Assembly: GCA_013360585.1 (NCBI GenBank)
Contig: JABWBH010000027.1
Span: 24,657-88,656 of the forward strand
Direction of reading: 5' to 3'
Source: Phycisphaerae bacterium
GTDB taxonomy: Bacteria > Planctomycetota > Phycisphaerae > UBA1845
DNA length: 64,000 bases
The position numbers and the translations under genes are program-made. This document shows, piece after piece, positions 56,538 through 64,000 of the stretch (the stretch's first letter is position 1; each line of letters starts with the position of its first letter). Below the pieces are notes generated by a model. It was given only the letters and a program-made list of their open reading frames with translations, searched no databases and was not told the origin of the DNA.

Positions 56538-57928
56538 AGCCGTGTTTTGACCGCGACGGCCTGCAGTTGTTCCGCGGCGACTGTCTCGAGCTCATGCAGG
56601 AAATGCCCGCGGACAGCGTGGACACGATCATCACCGACCCGCCCTACGGTCTGGGCTTCATGGGCAAAGCCTGGGACACGATTGCCGACCGCAGGTTTGC
56701 GATGCCGGGTCTGGAGCGCAAAAAACCCTGGCCGCGGCTGGCCACAAGGGACGTTCGAAAGCGGTTGGCGGAAAGCAGTCTTCAGGAGTTTCATCGGCGA
56801 TGGAGTCAGGCCGCGCTGCGGGTGGCCAAGCCGGGCGCCTTGCTGCTGGCATTCGGCAGCACGCGGACCTTTCATCGCCTGGCGTGTGGTCTGGAAGACG
56901 CCGGCTGGCAGATTCGAGATTGCTTCATGTGGCTCTACGGCTGCGGGTTCCCCAAGTCGCTCAACATCGGCAAGGCGATGAGCAAGGCGAAGGAGGGAGA
57001 GTCGAAATCGTGGGCAGGCTGGGGCACGGGCCTCAAGCCCGCGTGGGAGCCGATCATCCTGGCGATGAAGCCGCTGGAGGGCACGTTCGCCGAGAACGCG
57101 GCAAGGCACGGTCTCTCCGGTTTGAACATCGACGCGGCGAGGATTCAAGGCGCGCCGGGCGAAGGCTGCTGGGGCTCCAGCAACGCGACCTGTCCGCAAG
57201 GCTCGACGTTCAATGGTTCCCCGAAGGCCGCAGAATACCGCAGCGAACGGCACGCCCGAGGGCGCTGGCCGGCCAATCTGCTCTTCACGCATCATCTGGA
57301 TTGTCAGTATCTCGGCGTCGCTCGAATGAAGGGCAGCGCCTCCTCAAAAGCGTTTCACAAGGCATACCCTGGAAAGTCCGTGACGCGGTTCCTGCGCGGC
57401 GATTCGCATCCCGGGAATCAGCACGCCGACCGCGACGGGCTGGAAACCCTCGAATCCTGGGATTGTCATCCCGAGTGTCCCGTGCGGATGCTCGACGAGC
57501 GAAGCGGGATGCGAAAGAGCGGCAGCCGCCTCACGGGCAACGAGCCCTCGCTCCCCGCGAAGCACGTCTACGGCGCCATGAAGCATCCCCGCAAGTGGGA
57601 GCCGTATCTGGACCGAGGCGGCGCGTCGCGCTTCTTCTACTGCTCGAAAGCCCCCCGAGCAGAACGCAACCTCGGCCTTTCAGGCGAAGACAATGATCAC
57701 CCGACCGTCAAGCCGCTGGGGCTGATGGAGTATCTCTGCCGGCTCACGGCCACGCCGTCAGGCGGGTTGATCCTCGATCCGTTCGCGGGCACCGGGACGA
57801 CTCTGCTCGCGGCAAGGAACGTCGGCCGACCTTGCGTGGGTATCGAGATTGAGGCGCAGTACGTCGAGATCGCCAAGAAGCGGCTCGAAGTGGTTGAACG
57901 TCCTGCGCTGAGTTCGTCCGCCGCTTGA
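56534..57928 (+). CDS. DNA methyltransferase, N4/N6 (beta class), DPPY motif (likely N6-adenine type)
   Basis: VDTIITDPPYG and LDPFAGTGTTLLAA. 4-nt overlap with the preceding methyltransferase. Confidence 0.8.
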   Translation: MKPCFDRDGLQLFRGDCLELMQEMPADSVDTIITDPPYGLGFMGKAWDTIADRRFAMPGLERKKPWPRLATRDVRKRLAESSLQEFHRRWSQAALRVAKPGALLLAFGSTRTFHRLACGLEDAGWQIRDCFMWLYGCGFPKSLNIGKAMSKAKEGESKSWAGWGTGLKPAWEPIILAMKPLEGTFAENAARHGLSGLNIDAARIQGAPGEGCWGSSNATCPQGSTFNGSPKAAEYRSERHARGRWPANLLFTHHLDCQYLGVARMKGSASSKAFHKAYPGKSVTRFLRGDSHPGNQHADRDGLETLESWDCHPECPVRMLDERSGMRKSGSRLTGNEPSLPAKHVYGAMKHPRKWEPYLDRGGASRFFYCSKAPRAERNLGLSGEDNDHPTVKPLGLMEYLCRLTATPSGGLILDPFAGTGTTLLAARNVGRPCVGIEIEAQYVEIAKKRLEVVERPALSSSAA

Positions 57929-58104
57929 CGGTTGCGCAGGACATCCCGACATTCTCAAGACGTCGCAGGAGCGAGGGTCGAACCTCGGAGAGCTCCAGGA
58001 GATAAAGCCGATGCGATTTCAAGGTTGACTCTCAGTTCGCACGGCGCGTCGGCAGCGGCGTTTCAAGGGACGGGTCCGCTGCAGTAATCGCCCAAAGCGG
58101 GGAG

Positions 58105-58881
58105 TCACCGCGCGACGGTGCGCCACTCGTACCAGCCGACGAGATCGAGTTCCCGCGCCCAAGCGTCCGCGGTCTCACGGTCGCCGGAGGCGCCACGGTC
58201 GGTCGCATTGAGTTCGTTCAAAGTCGAAGCGAGCTTCGGGAATCCCGCGCGCTCGTAGGGCTCCGCCAGGGCGGGTTCATCGAGGAATTCCGCCAAATCG
58301 TAGGCTGACGCAGCTTTCATGGCGTTCGACGCGCGATAAACCAGTGGCGGGGTCGCGTTCGCCAAATCGCTTCGTAACGCCTCGCGGGCTCTCCCGAAGA
58401 CGGCGCGCACGCCCTTGCGAACCTCGGGCTGAAGCCGGGGATGCTCCAGTAACAGCCGTCGGTGAATCCACGGATCTGCCGGCAGGTTTACAAGTTCGCG
58501 CAGCAGCCCATCGAGCAAGATGGGAAAAGCGTTCCGCCAGAGATCCGCAAGCACAGGACTGACCTGTTGAAGTTCGAGGCCCATGCTTCCGAAGGCTCGT
58601 GCCCGCGTGGCTTTCGTGGTCTGGATCAGGTATCGCGCCTCCGATGTGCCGAGAAATCGCTGAATATGGATCGCCTGATGGGCGACCGCGTAATCCGGGC
58701 TCGGAAAGAGCGGATTGTATCTGAGAACGACCTCTTCGGATTCCGGCTGGAGCAGCGAACGACCCACCTCGCTCGTGGAGGTGTAAACCAACTGATCGGG
58801 AAGCAGTCTGATACTCACGCCGATCGCTTGCTGCGCACGCTCGACCACTTCCCTCGTCACCTTCTTCAGCTTCGTCGTCAT
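58105..58881 (-). CDS. hypothetical protein
   Basis: Start set at ATG 58881 (MTTKLKKVTREVVE...) so it does not overlap the divergent DUF2958 gene. 258 aa, helical. Confidence 0.45.
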   Translation of the reverse strand: MTTKLKKVTREVVERAQQAIGVSIRLLPDQLVYTSTSEVGRSLLQPESEEVVLRYNPLFPSPDYAVAHQAIHIQRFLGTSEARYLIQTTKATRARAFGSMGLELQQVSPVLADLWRNAFPILLDGLLRELVNLPADPWIHRRLLLEHPRLQPEVRKGVRAVFGRAREALRSDLANATPPLVYRASNAMKAASAYDLAEFLDEPALAEPYERAGFPKLASTLNELNATDRGASGDRETADAWARELDLVGWYEWRTVAR

Positions 58882-58900
58882 CCTCGAAACAGGGAAGCGC

Positions 58901-59317
58901 ATGGATATAAACTTTTCGCAGCGGAAGGACACAGCGACACCTCAGGCGAACGTTTATGAGGCCGCTTGGCGTTCCGCGGGCATGTGGAATGAGCCCTCGG
59001 AACTGGAGCTTCGGGCGCTGCCGGCAATCGGCACGAACGAGGAAGTCGACTGGAAAGAGGTGCTTATCAGGATGCACTTCTTTATCGGCGGCTGTGATTG
59101 GTACGTCGCCGAGTACTCGCCCGCGGACAGGATCTTCTACGGCTACGCGATTCTCAGCAACGACCTGGACAATGCCGAGTGGGGCTACATGAGCCTCGAC
59201 GAAATGCGAGAAATTCACGTCCGAGGGTTTGAGATCGACCGCGACTTGCATTGGGAGGAGCGGAAGGCATCGGAGATTGAGAAGATTGCGGCCGCGTATC
59301 GGACACATGGCAGATAG
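58901..59317 (+). CDS. DUF2958 family protein (plasmid/ICE-associated)
   Basis: RMHFFIGGCDWYVAEYSPADRIFYGYAIL...EWGYMSLDEMREI...FEIDRDLHWE fits my recollection of the DUF2958 signature (FF.....W.W...E.D.....FG......ELGY.SL.EL...ERD). Confidence 0.65.
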   Translation: MDINFSQRKDTATPQANVYEAAWRSAGMWNEPSELELRALPAIGTNEEVDWKEVLIRMHFFIGGCDWYVAEYSPADRIFYGYAILSNDLDNAEWGYMSLDEMREIHVRGFEIDRDLHWEERKASEIEKIAAAYRTHGR

Positions 59318-59328
59318 CACGACTGTCG

Positions 59329-60105
59329 TCACTCAATACAACTTCTTACGTGCCGGGCAAGAACCTCCGCAAGTCTGGCGACATCGCGCGGAGTCAGGAC
59401 AATGATCTCATGCAAGACGAATGGCGCCAGTGCCTTCGGATTCAGAACCCATACTTCAATACCCCGAGGCTGCTTTTCGACGAACCATCCTGGGTAGAGG
59501 ACAACAGGACGCAACGGGACTCTCCTTTCCAAGATATTCGCCAACAAGTCACATATGAATGCCGCCGCTGCCCGCGCCTGGACTACTGGATCCCTATCAG
59601 GCCGAAGCCCGTTGACCAAGACACGCTCGCCGTCGTACTTGACGACCGGGCTCCCTTGCGCAAGTTTGCTCACTGCCTTGGTCTCAATGACGAATAAGCC
59701 CGCCGGTCCAATGAGCACATGGTCCACATTGAAGCCCTTGCCCGGGACATCGTGGAAGACCTCGTAGCCGAAGGCTCTCATTCGCTCCAGCGTCTGCCCG
59801 ACGCTTTGCTCGCCTTCCATGCCGAGGCGAAGTCGCTTGGTCTCCTTCAGGCCGCGATAGACCTGAATCACGGCCAGGACAACGATCGGAATCGCGATCG
59901 CCGTCGCGTATCCGGGGGCCGGAGTCGTCGGTACGAGAAAGTGCCACCACGACGTTAACATCGCGACAAGCAAGAGTGCCGCCACAAGCGCCCACATCAT
60001 GCATTTTGTTACGAGAACTTCGTAAACATCATGGAGCAGCGTTTCGCCTGCTTGCGGTAGGGGCGGGTCTTTCAACGGCGATCGTCGGGCGGAAGGTTTT
60101 CTCAT
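59329..60105 (-). CDS. NERD (nuclease-related) domain protein with two N-terminal TM helices
   Basis: GMEGEQSVGQTLERMRAFGYEVFHDVPGKGFNVDHVLIGPAGLFVIETK is the NERD core. It is preceded by the hydrophobic segments MMWALVAALLLVAML and AIAIPIVVLAVI. Confidence 0.75.
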   Translation of the reverse strand: MRKPSARRSPLKDPPLPQAGETLLHDVYEVLVTKCMMWALVAALLLVAMLTSWWHFLVPTTPAPGYATAIAIPIVVLAVIQVYRGLKETKRLRLGMEGEQSVGQTLERMRAFGYEVFHDVPGKGFNVDHVLIGPAGLFVIETKAVSKLAQGSPVVKYDGERVLVNGLRPDRDPVVQARAAAAFICDLLANILERRVPLRPVVLYPGWFVEKQPRGIEVWVLNPKALAPFVLHEIIVLTPRDVARLAEVLARHVRSCIE

Positions 60106-60246
60106 GCGGGCATGCTATCAAGCACATGATCGGAGGGCGAGGCCCGTGGACGCTTCACCGAGAGTAGATCGGAATGCCGGTTCGCAATGCCTTCGCTGCG
60201 ATGACACCATCGACGCAAGGTTTATAAACCAGCACCTCTTCTACCT

Positions 60247-60504
60247 TTGAGCATGGCGACGACAATCACGAACTCTTCGAAGAATAAGGTGCCTCAGAGC
60301 GCTTGGATTTCCATGAACCCCAAGACGCGCGAACTCATTCTTTTGATTTGGAAGACGAAGGCCGGCTCAATCTCATTCAGGTCGAAGAATTCCCATGAAG
60401 CTCGGATTCGCCAGAAGGCTTTGCGTCGAGCGCGGGCTCGCGGCTACATTAAGTTCAAATCCACGCAGCGCCAAGGCGTTGCGGTTACGGTAACGCTGCG
60501 CTGA
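60247..60504 (+). CDS. small basic hypothetical protein
   Basis: 85-aa ORF in the AT-richer region upstream of the recombinase. No other support. Confidence 0.25.
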   Translation: MSMATTITNSSKNKVPQSAWISMNPKTRELILLIWKTKAGSISFRSKNSHEARIRQKALRRARARGYIKFKSTQRQGVAVTVTLR

Positions 60505-60727
60505 GGCTCCGGAACTGGACTTATATTCATTTCTTCTTTGTTTCCGCTTTGGCAAATCACAGTAAGCAAATCCACTTCTGGCAGGGCTGAATATCCCTCA
60601 GCTTCGAGAAACATGGCTTACGCCTATAGGTGTGAACGAAACCGGTCGCGTCTTGCCGGGAGCGTTGCACCCTTTAGTTCCTGGCGTTAGGAGTAAAGTT
60701 TAAATAATTGCGTTTACTCGGGACTGC

Positions 60728-61945
60728 ATGACATGGAGGACGCGATACGAAAATGGAAAGGATGAACTGCTCGTAGACAACGCTATCTGCAAGGCCAATC
60801 GTAAAGTCTTCGCTGAGCTGTTCGAGTTCGAGGAATACAAGCTCAAGCGCAGAAACCAACTACCGAACCTCGATGACGCTTGCTATAAAACTCTCTACGG
60901 ATACATCCATAAACTCCGTAATGCAAACACGTGGTTTGAGAACAAGCCTTGGATAGCAATAACGAAGGACGACATCAAGAGAGTCTACGACGCTTTGGAA
61001 GACGGAAAGATCAAGAATGCCCGAGGGCAGCCGATTGCCGACCGGGCAAGCTATTACAACAAGATATTCAAAAGCAAGCCATTCCGAATCGTCCGCAAAG
61101 ATGTTCTGGCCAAAGAGGTGATCGAGTTCTACACCCGACGTAAAGAGGAAGTACGATTTGTCACCGAAGACACCTTCCGGAAAATGGTTTCGGTGCTGTC
61201 GAAACCGCAGCATCTCCTGCTGTTCTGGCTCGCGTGGGATCTCGGCGAGAACGTCGATGCTCTGCTCAAATTGACGAAGCGGGATTTCACGCGGCAGAAG
61301 AATCCGCACACGCACGAACCGGAGTATCTCGTCAATCTCCAAAAGGCCAAGCTGAAGCGCAGCCGGCAGGCGCGCACCGAGCCCACGCTGTACGCCGAAA
61401 CCGTGCGATACGCGGACATCGTTCTTGAACGTCTGAAAGCGGACGAGCCGCTGTTCACCTTTGGCTATCGCCAAGCCTTGAAGCTCATGCACTCCGCCGT
61501 CGAGAAAACAGGGGCCACGTGCCTCCCGTCAAACGGGCCCGTGCGCTGGAAAGACCTACGGTCGGGCATGGCCTGTCACCTCCTCAAGAACGGCTGGACA
61601 CGCGAGGAAGTGGACGCCCGCCTCGGACACACGCCGAACTCCTCGGCGTTGAACGCGTATCTCAACTACCTGGCGATTGACCGGCAGAAGCCGAAGAAGC
61701 GGCTGTTCGACTCTTCTCTTGAACACGTGCAAAGCGAGCTGGAAGAAGCAAGGCGGCGGGAGAAGCTTCACGGCGAGCGCCTCGAACGCCAGGCCGAAGA
61801 GAACCGCGAGCTGCGGGATGAACTGAAGGAGACCCAGACGACCGTCCGCGACATGAAAAAACTCATCGAGATCGCGATGCGGAAGCTGGATGCGCCGGGG
61901 GACGGGAGGCCGGTGACACGAGCGAAAGGAACGGCGCGCTCCTGA
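60728..61945 (+). CDS. tyrosine recombinase / phage-type integrase (divergent) with C-terminal coiled-coil tail
   Basis: WKDLRSGMACHLLKNGWTREEVDARLGHTPNSSALNAYLNY matches the R...LGH...Y end of the integrase catalytic domain. The first catalytic Arg region (LAWDLGENVDALLKL) is atypical. Confidence 0.6.
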   Translation: MTWRTRYENGKDELLVDNAICKANRKVFAELFEFEEYKLKRRNQLPNLDDACYKTLYGYIHKLRNANTWFENKPWIAITKDDIKRVYDALEDGKIKNARGQPIADRASYYNKIFKSKPFRIVRKDVLAKEVIEFYTRRKEEVRFVTEDTFRKMVSVLSKPQHLLLFWLAWDLGENVDALLKLTKRDFTRQKNPHTHEPEYLVNLQKAKLKRSRQARTEPTLYAETVRYADIVLERLKADEPLFTFGYRQALKLMHSAVEKTGATCLPSNGPVRWKDLRSGMACHLLKNGWTREEVDARLGHTPNSSALNAYLNYLAIDRQKPKKRLFDSSLEHVQSELEEARRREKLHGERLERQAEENRELRDELKETQTTVRDMKKLIEIAMRKLDAPGDGRPVTRAKGTARS

Positions 61946-62306
61946 AAACGGCCCAGCGGGACAGGCCAAGGCTCAAATAGGGCGGAAGCATGACGCGCCG
62001 CATGACCAGCAAAGCCAACCCCGAAGACGCAAGGCGCCAACCACGCAACTCCCAGAAACGCCGAAACGAAGCGGTTCGCCGGCTGCTCCTGGCGGCGCTC
62101 TCGCTGTCCAGAAGTCGTAAACATGAAACGACCGTGCAACGTTGAGACGCCCGACCCGTTGAGCAGCCTCCAGAAAAACCGCCCCCACCGGCGCCCCCTA
62201 AAGCCGAGCCCGATACCAGTGGTCGGGATCCAGAAAAGCACAAGCGACAGACCCATCATTGTATCATTGTGGACGTCTGCTTCAGCAAAAATGGCGATTC
62301 TCCGAT

Positions 62307-62828
62307 TCATCGGTGTCGCCCTCTTATTCCTATGTAGACAGCGATGCTCCCATTATCGGAATCACAGATTGCGATATCTAGTGGGTACGGACGCTCCGGT
62401 GGGCAAGCATCCAGTTGTGCGTACGACTTCGGCCTGACCCTCAGGCCGGCGAGGCTTTCAGAAAACGCAGATTGACGCGGCTCCCACTCATTCAGTTGGT
62501 TCTTAATACTAGGGTTTGCGTTCAAGAACGTTGTTAGCTCAGCCTGTCCGGGTAGATAGAAGTCCCATACCAAACCCAAGCGGTACTTAGGCATCCGTTG
62601 ACACACTATATGAGTCTGCTGCGGCGGCACAATCCCATCTTTGGCCATCATTATTTGATGGCGTGAGAGATCATGGTATAGAGGGCGGTTGTCAATAATA
62701 AGAAACCCCATGAAAACGGCGAGAGCCATTACAGAAGCAGCGAGGAGGCTCTTGATGGACTTACGGATCAGTGTTGCCGATGTCATTAGAGCCTTCCTCG
62801 CAGTCAGTATTACCGCTGTCATTATCAT
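62307..62828 (-). CDS. putative immunity protein for the upstream RHS toxin (membrane-anchored)
   Basis: It lies immediately downstream of the RHS C-terminal domain in the same orientation and is AT-rich. TM helix ALAVFMGFLII. The real start may be an internal Met (62786 or 62729), because 62828 overlaps the RHS stop by 68 nt. Confidence 0.45.
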   Translation of the reverse strand: MIMTAVILTARKALMTSATLIRKSIKSLLAASVMALAVFMGFLIIDNRPLYHDLSRHQIMMAKDGIVPPQQTHIVCQRMPKYRLGLVWDFYLPGQAELTTFLNANPSIKNQLNEWEPRQSAFSESLAGLRVRPKSYAQLDACPPERPYPLDIAICDSDNGSIAVYIGIRGRHR

Positions 62829-64000
62829 TAACCATATCGTTTTCGTTCGGTTGCTCGGCAGGTGTGGGTTTTGGGACGCGCGTCACGAGCCAGCGGAAGA
62901 ACGGCCAAGTCTTGCCTGGGGAAGCGGTGACTTCTATATTCAAATCCCACAAGGCCCATATCCACGCGGCCAGGAGATTAAGATCGCCTTGATTGCACGC
63001 GTAAATGTAGAAGCTGAAGAGCCTCCGGCCAGGTCTGAGTCTCCTCAACCTATCAGGTGTGAGAACTTCTGGTCGGCCGTCCTTCGTTCCGATGCGAATC
63101 TGAGCAGCATCAGAGTAGCCGTGACCAATAAATATGATTTTGTCCAGCGTATTATCTCTCCATACCGCCTGGAAAGCGCGCACTCTACCAATTTCCACAA
63201 TATCAACGTGATCTCCGAAGTAACGATGGATTTTGGCCAGTTGTTCAGCCAGTAGCCGCGATCCCCATGGCGCATCGTTGGCTATAACGATCATAATCTT
63301 GTCAAGACCCAATGGGTCTACCCAAGCCGCCGGATTACCGTCGCAATAGGCGTATAATGACGGCCCCGACGCGCCATACCCCAGCGGGTCGCGTTGGAGG
63401 AACGTCTTCAGCGTCGGGTGATACGTGCGGAAGCGGTAGAAGTAGAGGCCGGTTTCGGCGTCGAGGCGTCTGCCGGTGAAGAGGAACGGGTTGCCGTTGG
63501 GTGAGAAGCTGCGGTTCGCCACGACCATCGTCGTCGAGGCGGCCGGGTCGTTGTAACTGGCGTCCCAGGCTTCTTGGTCCGCGTCGCCGCTGGTGTTGCT
63601 CACGTCGCCGTCGAAGTCCGCGTCGAACGTGCGGTTGTACGTCGAGAGCGCGGCGGTGCGGGCGGTGTTGTCGGCGCTGTCCACGTCGCCGTCCGCGTCG
63701 CTGTCTCCGAAGGCCAGATGCCGCCGGATCTGCGGCGAGCCATACGGCTGATACTGCACCTCCTCCGCCACGTCGCCGTTGGGCGTGGTCAGCGCGATGA
63801 CGTTCCAGTTCGCGTCCTGATGCACGAACCATGTCCCGCCCGCCCCGCGGATCATCAGCAACTGGTCGATATACTCGTGGCCCCAGACGTACTGCTGGGT
63901 CACGGCCTCGGCGCCGTTGCGCTCCTCGATCTCGCGCAGGCCGTCGTAGAAGAAGTACGTGGTGCCGTCGAGGTCGCCGCGATTGCTGACGACCTTGCTC
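62761..64000 (-). CDS. RHS-repeat protein, C-terminal part with a variable toxin domain (gene continues beyond the right window edge)
   Basis: The frame stays open upstream of the track start to the window end (..YFFYDGLREIEERNG..). RHS core end FTGRRLDAETGLYFYRFRTYHPTLKTFLQRDPLGY...NPAAWVDPLGL is followed by an AT-richer ~195-aa C-terminal domain. Confidence 0.8.
   Translation of the reverse strand, partial: SKVVSNRGDLDGTTYFFYDGLREIEERNGAEAVTQQYVWGHEYIDQLLMIRGAGGTWFVHQDANWNVIALTTPNGDVAEEVQYQPYGSPQIRRHLAFGDSDADGDVDSADNTARTAALSTYNRTFDADFDGDVSNTSGDADQEAWDASYNDPAASTTMVVANRSFSPNGNPFLFTGRRLDAETGLYFYRFRTYHPTLKTFLQRDPLGYGASGPSLYAYCDGNPAAWVDPLGLDKIMIVIANDAPWGSRLLAEQLAKIHRYFGDHVDIVEIGRVRAFQAVWRDNTLDKIIFIGHGYSDAAQIRIGTKDGRPEVLTPDRLRRLRPGRRLFSFYIYACNQGDLNLLAAWIWALWDLNIEVTASPGKTWPFFRWLVTRVPKPTPAEQPNENDMVNDNDSGNTDCEEGSNDIGNTDP

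Larger units (their letters stand above)
46957..61945. mobile_element. putative integrated genomic island (integrative element / defence island); right boundary uncertain
   Basis: A tRNA 3' fragment at one end and a tyrosine recombinase at the other. Cargo is typical of mobile DNA: a TA pair, orphan methyltransferases, DUF2958, NERD and a HerA-like ATPase. There are visibly AT-richer patches, and a truncated gene remnant sits just outside. Confidence 0.55.

Noticed and set aside
61768-62310. 180-aa minus-strand ORF between the integrase and the RHS locus
   Set aside because: Its 3' third overlaps the integrase coding region antisense. Only the first ~110 codons are free-standing, and there is no recognisable family or SD. 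I left it unannotated; a short membrane ORF cannot be excluded.
62531-62565. String gttagctcagcctgtccgggtagata resembling a tRNA D arm, considered as the missing intact tRNA at the right island end
   Set aside because: The D-stem does not close (gctc versus gata). No anticodon or T arm follows. It lies inside the putative immunity ORF and on the wrong strand for the att model.
1-64000. Looked for CRISPR arrays, rRNA genes and intact tRNA genes in all intergenic gaps
   Set aside because: No regularly spaced direct repeats with unique spacers were seen. No rRNA-like conserved blocks were seen. Apart from the fragment at 46957-46998, I could not identify any complete cloverleaf by eye.

Overview
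High-GC bacterial chromosome segment. The gene content points to Planctomycetota: a DUF1501 sulfatase-like protein, a DUF1559 protein with a prepilin-type N-terminus, many secreted or lipoprotein hypotheticals, and large disordered Arg/Pro-rich extensions. All family calls come from reading motifs by eye; no searches were run. Positions 1-46.5 kb are mostly core genes: a polysaccharide co-polymerase, a cyclophilin lipoprotein, MarC, a LolE-like permease, hpf-ptsN-HPr-EI (nitrogen-type PTS), DUF2344 plus RNase E/G, rpsA, cysteine desulfurase, rsmA and GT39-like membrane proteins. This part also holds a tight KS / His-less KS / dehydratase / ACP / dehydratase operon, and three tandem DUF4139-like paralogs. 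The intergenic space carries four families of structured repeats, and there are several odd small secreted ORFs (one Tyr/Glu/Asp-rich, two Cys-rich). Positions ~46.5-62.3 kb look like an integrated mobile or defence island. It begins at a 3' fragment of a tRNA-Thr(UGU)-like gene and ends near a divergent tyrosine recombinase. Its cargo includes a HerA-type ATPase fused to a nuclease-like domain next to a minimal RFC-like AAA+, which is my top candidate for an undescribed system. Other cargo: a Phd/RelE-like pair with a frameshifted toxin, two tandem orphan DNA methyltransferases (SPPY and DPPY types), DUF2958, a NERD protein, and AT-richer patches of unknown genes. The right edge holds the 3' end of an RHS polymorphic toxin gene with a putative immunity gene. 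No rRNA, CRISPR array or intact tRNA was seen.
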